Both the position numbers and the translations under genes were made by a program. 64,000 nucleotides of DNA from Naegleria gruberi (taxonomy: Eukaryota). Position 1 is the first letter of the stretch; each line of letters opens with the position of its first letter. The notes under the pieces are model-generated. The model saw only the letters and a list, made by a program, of their open reading frames with translations, had not been told where the DNA came from and made no database searches. Location: NCBI GenBank assembly GCA_000004985.1, contig GG738881.1; one strand, 5' to 3'. This document shows, in pieces, positions 55,615 to 64,000 of this stretch.

Positions 55615-58366
55615 ATGAAACGATTGGTTTTTAGAGCAGTAAAGGGAGGAAGAGATTCAAGTCTCTTGAAGCCTTGTATCAAGAAGGAACATCAACAATC
55701 AATTATCATGATGAATGGGTCGAATAGTAAAAGAACATTTTTTGATTTTTCGGAGGATGATTTGAAAAAGATGAACAAAGCAACCAACAAACCAGAAGTG
55801 AAGGGTGATGAATTGAAGAAACCAGACGAACATCCAACTTCTTTAAATTCATCTCATTTAGCTCACTCGGAAGGAAGCGAATCAAAGATGGTTGTTCCTA
55901 AAAAGAGATCAATGGCCGTCAACCCTCATGAACCTCTCTATGGTGAATGCCTCAATTTTAAAGCTCAAAATAATTTAATTGATTTTAGTGGAGAAAGACG
56001 AGAGGATGTTAACAAAGTTATGAATATTCTTTCAAATGTTGAAAGTCACAATAATATTATTTTAGGTTAGTTTAATTTTGGATCAACATATATTTTTACA
56101 CATTCAAATAGTTGGTGAAAATGGTGTTGGAAGAAGATCAATTATTGAATCATTGGCCTATAAGATTACTAAAAATCCAGAAAATGTTCCAGAACGTTTG
56201 AGGAACACAAAAATAATTGAGCTCTCTGTTGATAACTTGTATGGATGCAATGTTACAAATAATATTTGCACAACCTTCTTCAATGCATTGAAATCACTCA
56301 AGGTTTATGATGCCTTTAATTATGATTTGCCTCCAAATCCAAAATTAATGTCGATTGAGGAAAAGAAAGCGCATCTATACGGAAATAATCCGCCTCCAAC
56401 AGCTCATGATGAGGATGTCGAAAGATTGTTCAACGAAATGGTTGAATCTGTACAATTATATAGAGAAAATAGAGAAAAAACTAATCAACCTAAGATTTTA
56501 TTTATTCATCAATTTTATAATATGGTAGATGATTATTCATACTCTTTCTATGATAGTGTATCATCAGTTTTGCAACCTTTATTGGAAAAGAAGAGGCTTA
56601 AATTAGTAACATGTATGACACCATCTGAGTATGCCAAATTCACAAAGAATCCACTTGCTTCTCATTTTGAAGTTATCAAAGTTGGTGAGCCAAACTTTGC
56701 CACTACATTGGATATTGTAACAAAGAAGAAGGAATATTTGGAAGCATCTCATGGAGTTTTTATTGATAATGATATCGTTGAAGAGGCTCTCTTACTCTCT
56801 AATAGATATATCCCACTCAAGGCAAATCCAATGAAATGTATTTCAGTTCTAGATGAGTTGGCATCAATTGTTGAAAAGAGAGGTTGTTCAATTCCTATTA
56901 ATGTATTGGAGTTAGAGGATAAGATTAAGAAGGTGTCAATTGATATTGACAAAAAGAGTGATGATGATATTGATACTTCTTCATTAATGAAAAAATTGGA
57001 AAAGCTTAAGGAATCATACGCAACAAAATATTCTGCTTGGAAGGCTGAGTACCAAGCTCTTCAGTCTTACAGAGAAAATAGAGTTAGATTAATAGGGTTG
57101 AAGAAGGAACTTGGTGATTGTATTGCATCTATTACCAGTCCTGACTGCGAGTCTGCCAAGAGGGCATCAAAAATAATTGAAGATGATATTCCAGAAGTGA
57201 AGGCAAGTTTGAAAATCTTTGAAAAACAGTCTGCCAAAAACAAATATGTCAACAATAGAGCTACTTTGGATGACTTGTCTGTAGTGATTTCTAGAATGTC
57301 TGGAATTCCTCAAAAGGATTTGTATTTCACAACTCAAAAGAATCATTCTCTTAATAATATGGAGTCTATCTTGGAAGAACAGGTAATTGGACAAAAACAA
57401 GCAATTTCTTCCATTTCAAAAACAATACGAGTTGCCAAGCTAGGTCTCAGAGATGCTAACAAACCTCAAGCTTCACTCCTATTTTGTGGATTTTCAGGGG
57501 TTGGTAAAACTGAGCTTGCTAAACAAATAGCTAAAGTTGTTTATGGAAATGAAAATTCTGTATCTGTAATTGACATGACAAAGTATAATACTGAGTTCTC
57601 TGTATCCGGATTGATAGGCACATCGGCTGGCTATGTAGGTTACGATGATGGTGGCGAGCTAACCAACACAATCAAGAAGAATCCATTCCAAGTAATTATT
57701 TTTGATGAAATTGAAAAGGCACACAGTAGAGTTTGGAATATTTTATTACCAGTTTTTGAGGAAGGTGTTTGTCAGAATAATTATGGTGAAAGTGTTTCTC
57801 TGAAAGATACAATTATCATTCTTACATCTAATGTGGGTACAAAACGATTGTTCCAACACAAGGAAGAGGACAAGGATTTGACACAACAAGAAATCTTCCA
57901 TGAAGAAATCAAGGAAACTTTTGCTCCTGAATTCCTCAATAGATTAGATGATATCGTCATTTTCAATGAGCTTTCCATGCATGATTTGGATAAGATTTTG
58001 TCAATTCAATTGAGAAAGTTAGAAGAAAGACTTTCAAAGAAGAGAGAAATCAAGATTGAACTCTCTACTGAAGCTAGACAATTCTTAATTTTTAACTCAT
58101 TTGATATTCAGTTGGGTGCTCGTCCAATTAAGAGAAATATTCAAAACTACTTATCGGCACCAATTTCAGACCTCTTCTATCAAGGAAAATTGGACAAGCA
58201 TTGTACTTTGAAGGTAGATGTTGATGAGAAGAAATTGAAAGTGGAAGTGATAGTAGATGAGAAGAAGGAAAGTCAAGAAAAGAGGAAACGAAACAATGAT
58301 TATGATGACTTATTAGAACTCGATCACAAACTTAAGAATGCTATCAAATCATCAAATGTAGAATAA
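55615..58366 (+). CDS. ClpB/Hsp104/Hsp78-family two-domain AAA+ protein with divergent NBD1 Walker A. Exons 55615..56065, 56112..58366
   Basis: NBD1 region IILVGENGVGRRSIIESLAYKI (GxxGxGRRS instead of GxxGxGKT). NBD2 canonical (GFSGVGKTELAK, IIFDEIEKAH, sensor and ClpB_D2-small). 46-nt GTTAGT intron. Confidence 0.75.
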
Positions 58367-58388
58367 ATGAATACTTCTTATTTATTTA

Positions 58389-58850
58389 TTAATAACCACC
58401 TCTCAATCTCAATACCAAATGGACAGTTGAATCCTTTTGAAGATTGTAATCTGAGATAGTTCTACCATCTTCCAATTGTTTACCAGCATAAATCAAACGT
58501 TGTTGATCCGATGGAATTCCTTCCTTATCAAAAATCTTTTGTTTCATATTCTCAATAGTGTCATTCGATTCCGTTTCAATAGTAATGGTCTTTCCTGTCA
58601 ATGTTTTCACAAAAAGTTGCATTCCTCCTCTCAATCTCAACACCAAATGAAGAGTGGAGTCTTTTTGAATGTTATAATCATTGAAAGTTCTGCCATCTTC
58701 CAATTGTTTACCTGCGTAGATGAGCCTTTGTTGTTCTGGTGGAACTCCTTCCTTATCTTGAACCTTTCTTTTAACATTTTCAATTGAATCGTTTGATTCA
58801 ACTTCCAATGTGATAGTTTTACCAGTGAGTGTCTTGACAAATAATTGCAT
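58389..58850 (-). CDS. Tandem di-ubiquitin-like protein (two divergent ubiquitin repeats, ends ...LRGGY)
   Basis: Two 76-aa repeats roughly 80% identical to ubiquitin ([55 protein letters not shown]...LVLRLRGG). K48, K63 and the GG terminus are conserved. Confidence 0.85.
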   Translation of the reverse strand: MQLFVKTLTGKTITLEVESNDSIENVKRKVQDKEGVPPEQQRLIYAGKQLEDGRTFNDYNIQKDSTLHLVLRLRGGMQLFVKTLTGKTITIETESNDTIENMKQKIFDKEGIPSDQQRLIYAGKQLEDGRTISDYNLQKDSTVHLVLRLRGGY

Positions 58851-59262
58851 GATTGGTTTGAATTGTTTTTTTCTTATTGTTGAAATTCAAACCTAAATCT
58901 TCCCACTATTTATGTGAATCTGCGGTTTTTGTGTATTTTTAGATAAAAGTTCTTTGAAAGAGCTAGTTGAGCTTTGAACTAGTTTTGTTTCTCTACACAA
59001 ATTTTGGAACTTGGGATATATTGTAATTTAAAAGCACAAAAGGTGAAAATTAGCATGTTAATATCGAATAACTAATTAGATTGTATTTTTTTCATATTTT
59101 TTCACTTTGAAATGTTTGTGGGTGTAATCATTGCTGATTGTCTTGATATATACTTGATAAATGTATTCAAATTTTTTACCATATCAACTAGACATTTTGG
59201 AGTGCCTTTTGTGGCTTTCATGTGTCTTAATAAAAAGAGCTCAAGTAAAAAGAGACAAAAGC

Positions 59263-59343
59263 TGCAGAAGGTGGGATTTGAACCCACGAAGCTTGCGCAG
59301 TAGAACTTGAGTCTACCCCCTTTGACCACTCGGGAACCCCTGC
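59263..59343 (-). tRNA. tRNA-Leu (anticodon CAA), type II with long variable arm
   Basis: On the minus strand: acceptor GCAGGGG/CTTCTGC, 3-bp D-stem CCC/GGG with GAGTGGTCAAA loop, anticodon arm GTAGA-CTCAAGT-TCTAC, 12-nt variable arm, T-arm GTGGG-TTCAAAT-CCCAC. T-run downstream. Confidence 0.85.
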
Positions 59344-61074
59344 TTCACATTCATTCACATTCATTCTTTATCACACTGAAATAGAATTCTATTTTCTAAA
59401 GTACACAACTACACTGAAGGTCCTTCTTACTTTCGTATTATCATCTTTATTCACCAAGAAAGCCTGACTGGTAGCCTTATTCTTTCAAATATTTTCTTGA
59501 ATCTGTTATTGAATTTTTTCCCAATTTTTTAACCATAACTTTTCTGCATAACAATTTACACTTTCAGAACCAATATAACATCATTGAGGATGCAAGATTG
59601 ATAAAACCATTGACTGTACTTCTACAGGATCTTTTCTGTAGGAATACATAAACTCGACTTTTTTGAGTCAATCTGACCTTTGAGGTTAACCAAGATGAAG
59701 ACTCTGTAGTCACATATCTTGAGCATGATATCGAACTGGAAACATGCTTCGCTGTAGGTTTCCTCGTTCATAGATGATTGCTGCATTCCTTACCAGCCAT
59801 GGTTTGTGAATGGGGGATTTGTGAACATGCAGATTGGTACCTTAAACTTTTTATCAATTAATAGAAAATTAATACCCTAGCTGCCAATAAACTAAAATTA
59901 AATTCTATCAAGATCGGAATATCAACACTTTCCTTTAATTTACTTTAATCAACATGGTTAAATGTAGATTGTGTATTCAAAGCTAATCTTGAGCTCACAA
60001 TTCTTCTGAATGAACATCAACTAAATGTTTAGTTATCTTCATTGCACTGTATTGGAGTTAGACAAGTGTTGTTCTAAAGATTTGACATTTGTCATGGAAA
60101 TTAACACTTGCTAGGTATGTGTTTAATCCTCTTCAAAGAAGTCTAATACTATACTATTGTTTTTGAAAAAGTAAAAGCAAATATTTGAAGACTCAAATCC
60201 GTAAATTGATCTTTTATTGATCAACCACAAGTATCTCTTTCTAAATGATAAAATTCAAAGGTGATATATAGATGGTCACGTAGCAAGCTTTTCTAAATAA
60301 CAAACTTACTGAACCAACAATCAATAGATTCGTTGCCTTCACTGTTCATACAGTCAAAGACTGTAGCGGGATAGTCGCCATATTCCTGGCAGGCTTCCCG
60401 TCTAATTTAACAATTGAAATTTAAATAATACAATAATATGTTCCTCACAGTAGTAAGGGCAGTAAATTGATTATCAATCAAAAAAAATGAAATATTTAAT
60501 ATGGCCGTATATTAGTTCACAATATTCTCATTTAACACTCATATTGATTTTGTAAAAATGTAGTTACTTGGAACGATGATTCAAAATGGAAAAGTTCCAA
60601 TATTGCTTTTCAAAGATTGAGAAGATTGATATTTGAGCAAAATGTTAGAATTGAATACTTTAAGTTTTATTTACAATGATCGCCTAGGTTTACAAAATTG
60701 TGAGTTGTGGAGATTACCACATTTTGAATTGTTTGTTTCTCATTTCTAAAGTATTATGTGATTGAGATTTAGAAGTTTTACTTGTTTCATTTCCGAAATT
60801 TCCTTGGATAACATTATTGGTGAAGTGTTATTGGAGGAATTATACATATTTCTTCTTGTTGAGACCATTTTCTTATTATTATTTTGTTATTTTCTTTTGT
60901 AGATTTTCATTAAATTTCCTTCATCAAAATATTAATAGAAAAATTCAAACTTCTTGTTAAAAATCGGAATCACAAAATTAGTGGAAATCATCTTGGAAGT
61001 AAATAGATAACTGATCGGATGATGATATTTCCACAACAAAACAAAATAACTAAATAACAAACACTAAGAGCAAA

Positions 61075-61425
61075 ATGCCAGCTAGAAATACTTCATCACA
61101 TTCTTCCAAAGATAAAATTCCAACAAAAACAGAATGGACAAGATCTAAACCAATTGATTTATCTAAAAGATTACCATTATTTGATATTGATACTTCAAAT
61201 ATTATAAGTGGAACTAGACATCGTAATAATATTGATTATCATCATGCAAATTTAAATGGTAAACAAATTTCAGTGAAAAGATCTTCGAAAAATTCAATTG
61301 AAAAGAGAACTAAATGTAAATATCCTAAATTTGTAAATAAAAAAAGAAGAGAATTAAATACCCAGAAGAATCAGATCTTATTATTGTTCATAACTGAAGT
61401 TGCCCTACTGTGTTTGAGGCAGTAG
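61075..61425 (+). CDS. Small basic hypothetical protein (116 aa)
   Basis: ORF with K/R-rich sequence and an RxxL (D-box-like) element KRLPLFDID. No recognisable domain. Confidence 0.3.
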   Translation: MPARNTSSHSSKDKIPTKTEWTRSKPIDLSKRLPLFDIDTSNIISGTRHRNNIDYHHANLNGKQISVKRSSKNSIEKRTKCKYPKFVNKKRRELNTQKNQILLLFITEVALLCLRQ

Positions 61426-61949
61426 TTCATTTAGTAAATTACTTTGATTTATGAGAAGAGTTTAATATTGTGTGAATTGTACAACAGAGATTTATTTAAA
61501 ACTGAAATGATTCAATCTGCTATCATATAATTGTGGTTTTGTTCTTGATATTAGGAGTGCTGTGGATTTGATGAATTCTGCAAATACTAAGTGAGAGAAA
61601 TAATTGTCAGCCCTCTTGAACTCTATTCTCAACTATTAATTGATTAGGAAAAGTACAAGAGGGCTCAATGAATCTATAATCATAATAGCTATAGTATTCA
61701 TTGCAGTAGGTTTCTTTTTTTTTTAATTGAACAAGAGACAATTTCACTCATTCAACCCACTTGCTATCTATTTATATTTTTGGAAAATGTAACTTTCATA
61801 TTTTGAAGCTCACATCCATGCATTTACTTGTCATAAGCAATGCTCAATTTCATTGTTGTACAGGACATGTGTTTCTGTTGAACAAATATTTCAGGATTCA
61901 AATTAATGACTACCGGTACAATTATATTTCACAATTTGAGGAAGTGTAT

Positions 61950-62067
61950 GGCTACGGCCATATCACGATGAATGCACCTCATCCCGTCCGATTTGAGAAG
62001 TTAAGCATCGTCGAGCCACATCAGTACTGAGGTTGGAGACAACTTGGGAACCTGTGGTGCTGTAGTC
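61950..62067 (+). rRNA. 5S ribosomal RNA
   Basis: GGCTACGGCCATATCACGATGAATGCACCTCATCCCGTCCGATTTGAGAAGTTAAGC...GTACTGAGGTTGGAGACAACTTGGGAACCTGTGGTGCTGTAGTC matches 5S conserved blocks and helix I pairing (GGCTACGGC/GCTGTAGTC). Followed by a TTTTT terminator. Confidence 0.8.
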
Positions 62068-62309
62068 TTTTTGATTGCAATAGGAAAATCTATCCTAATA
62101 TATGGTTATTCATGGATTAAAAGCATCTTTTGTAATGCAATGTTTGAGAGTGGTGCATCTTTCTGTGATATTAAGGACGATGTACCCTCTAGACAAAATT
62201 ATTCGAACCATCACATTCACTTGTTCAATTAGATAATTGCTAAATACTTTATTTTACATTTCGATATGTACCTTGTAAAGTGCAGGGAAGTTTTGATGAG
62301 GAATTTGAG

Positions 62310-62582
62310 TCATCCTCCTAAAACAATCATTTCTCCAAGTGCCTTTTGAAATTTCTCAACAGATTCCCAATGAGCATAATTAATATATTGATATTGAGAT
62401 TTTTCCATATCGAGTGCCTTATGAAGTGAAGTATGAATGAAACCATCTTGTTTTTTAAAGAATTCTGCGCAAACAGTCCAACCCAATTCAAATTCCTTCT
62501 CATCTTTCACATCAATGTGAAATGGATTCATGAGAACAACGTAATTGGTTTTCATTGATTTAACAGGACAAGTATTGGACAT
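62310..62582 (-). CDS. ABM-domain (antibiotic-biosynthesis-monooxygenase / stress-responsive Dabb-like) small protein
   Basis: 90-aa ORF. FELGWTVCAEFFKKQDGFIHTSLHKALD...YAHWESVEKFQKAL fits the ferredoxin-like ABM fold pattern. Confidence 0.5.
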   Translation of the reverse strand: MSNTCPVKSMKTNYVVLMNPFHIDVKDEKEFELGWTVCAEFFKKQDGFIHTSLHKALDMEKSQYQYINYAHWESVEKFQKALGEMIVLGG

Positions 62583-63107
62583 GTTTTGATGGAGGTATTA
62601 ATGATTTTGTTTTTTTTTGATTTGATTTTGTGACTTTTCCTTATTGGGAGTGTTTCTTAAAAAATCCGCTAACAAAATTGCTCAACTCCTCAGTAGAGGA
62701 CAATTGAATACTTGGATTTGAGGACAATTTTTCTAGTTTGAACTTAAATGAGCTCACATTATAATGAGAAGAAACAAATGGGGTCGAAGCTGTGTCTCTT
62801 TCTAGATGGATATTGTGTTTGGAACTGATGATTAAGTAAATTTTGTAGGAATTACAGTCTGTTATTAGTGATAAAGATCTATAAATTCGAAGAGCAAAGA
62901 TAATAAAGTAACGAGTGGGTGACAGGCAATTGAGTCCATCCTGACCTTGGAAAAAAATTAGGTCAAAACTGTGGGCATTATCTCGATCATTAGTATATTT
63001 AAAGAAGATATTTTTGAGATAATTGTAGCCCTACATGTCTAGTTTATGGGGTAAAAAATTGGAAGTTGTACTCTTTGTAGATAAGGCAAAAATTGACAAT
63101 CTTGAGA

Positions 63108-63178
63108 TGCGTCGACCGGGAATTGAACCCGGGTCACGGCGATGGCAACGCCGTATTCTACCACTAAACCATCGACGC
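63108..63178 (-). tRNA. tRNA-Gly (anticodon GCC)
   Basis: Reverse complement GCGTCGATGGTTTAGTGGTAGAATACGGCGTTGCCATCGCCGTGACCCGGGTTCAATTCCCGGTCGACGCA is near-identical in architecture to eukaryotic tRNA-Gly-GCC. T-run downstream on its strand. Confidence 0.9.
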
Positions 63179-63284
63179 TTCTTGTTCAAATGACTTGTTA
63201 CCTATTTGTAAAATTAAATATGAATGCTTATGTTAAAGCAAACGATTTTAGGAATTGTACGCGTCCTTTTGAAAGTTAAAAAAA

Positions 63285-64000
63285 ATGATCAAGAAACCAG
63301 AACTCTTTTCCGACGATATTTGTTTTGAAATTCTTTCCCATTTGGCAAATGATTGGAAATTTATTTTCACAACTTGTTCATTAATTTCTCAACAATGGCT
63401 AAATGTTATTAAACACAATTCATCATTGTTGAATCTTTCCATTTATTTTAATCAAAAACTAAATGATGAACAGAAAAATCAAATGTCAAAATGTGAATTA
63501 TTAACATGTTTATCCAATGTGAAAGTTTATTCAAAGATTGCGAAATGGTTTTGTACAAATATTGGAATATTCATGAAAGGAATGATTAGATTAGAAATTA
63601 GCTATTGTCGTTTGGAAGCAGAAGATGTCAATTTTATTGGTGAAATGAAGCAATTAACTGAACTTGATATTAGTTTAAATAATATTAATTGTAAAGGAGC
63701 TATTACTATCAGTCAATTGAGTAAATTAACTAAACTCAATGTTTATCAAACCAAAATGGGTGTTGAAGGTGCTAAAGAACTAAGTAAATTGAAAGAACTA
63801 ACATCCCTCGAAATAGGAGACAATCATTTAAAATCTGAAGGAGCAGCTCACATTGCCCAAATGAGAAAATTAACATTCCTTGATATTAATACCAATATGA
63901 TTGGAAATGAAGGTATTGAGCTGATAAGTAGAATGGAACAATTAACTGATTTAGATGTTATGGATAATAATATTCGATCAGAAGGTGTTAAATCACTCTG
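63285..64000 (+). CDS. Leucine-rich-repeat (ribonuclease-inhibitor-like) protein, 5' part (continues beyond window end)
   Basis: ATG at 63285, then repeated LxxLxLxxNxIgxxGa units (LTELDISLNNINCKGAITIS, LTKLNVYQTKMGVEGAKELS, LTSLEIGDNHLKSEGAAHIA, LTFLDINTNMIGNEGIELIS). No stop before 64000. Confidence 0.7.
   Translation, partial: MIKKPELFSDDICFEILSHLANDWKFIFTTCSLISQQWLNVIKHNSSLLNLSIYFNQKLNDEQKNQMSKCELLTCLSNVKVYSKIAKWFCTNIGIFMKGMIRLEISYCRLEAEDVNFIGEMKQLTELDISLNNINCKGAITISQLSKLTKLNVYQTKMGVEGAKELSKLKELTSLEIGDNHLKSEGAAHIAQMRKLTFLDINTNMIGNEGIELISRMEQLTDLDVMDNNIRSEGVKSL

Noticed and set aside
61761-62232. Two plus-strand ORFs (89 and 62 aa) from the ORF track
   Set aside because: They overlap and flank the 5S rRNA gene. 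The region is explained by the RNA gene.
1-64000. Search for CRISPR arrays, prokaryotic operons, toxin-antitoxin or defence islands (the prompt hints at an undescribed system)
   Set aside because: The window is clearly eukaryotic (spliceosomal introns, Pol III genes, eukaryote-specific proteins). No direct-repeat/spacer arrays or prokaryotic gene organisation are present. The closest thing to a 'foreign system' is the viral-type VP39-like gene.

Overview
This window is AT-rich (~65-70% AT) eukaryotic nuclear DNA, not prokaryotic. It is gene-dense, with protein-coding genes on both strands. Introns are very short (about 38-65 nt, with GTAAGT, GTATGT or GTTAGT donors and AG acceptors). Poly-Asn, poly-Gln and Ser/Thr low-complexity tracts are encoded, TAA stops dominate, and several convergent gene pairs are separated by only 1-29 nt. 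The gene content (SHAQKYF-type Myb, TALE homeobox, Atg8, DMAP1, eIF2-alpha, PABPN1-like, golgin-like, VPS9) together with a 5S rRNA that I recall as resembling Dictyostelium 5S points to an amoebozoan, dictyostelid-like genome. The exact species cannot be determined from sequence alone.

I can support about 40 protein-coding genes, many multi-exon and hand-spliced from the ORF track, plus three tRNA genes (Thr-UGU, Leu-CAA, Gly-GCC) and a chromosomal 5S rRNA gene. All four RNA genes sit in a Pol III-gene-rich stretch at 53.9-63.2 kb. A 124-nt assembly gap interrupts a nucleoside-transporter gene. I found no CRISPR array, no prokaryotic operon and no intact mobile element.

The most notable item is an intronless gene with clear similarity to poxvirus VP39 cap-specific mRNA 2'-O-methyltransferase (the PAP regulatory subunit family typical of NCLDV) sitting between host genes. 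Other items worth a second look:
- a Rac/Rho GTPase whose 5' end is either an 11-nt start exon followed by a ~300-nt 'intron' that is itself an uninterrupted 93-codon ORF, or a frameshifted N-terminal extension;
- E2F-like palindromic motifs in several promoters, including an identical 14-mer at two loci;
- a ClpB/Hsp104-like ATPase with a degenerate first Walker A;
- a divergent tandem di-ubiquitin;
- a 7TM-RGS protein;
- a bacterial-type peptidase C39-like secreted protein;
- complex non-AT-rich non-coding blocks beside the tRNA genes that may be decayed tRNA-targeted retroelements.

Splice coordinates are hand-derived and may be off by a nucleotide or two; one start position disagreed with the ORF track by 1 nt.
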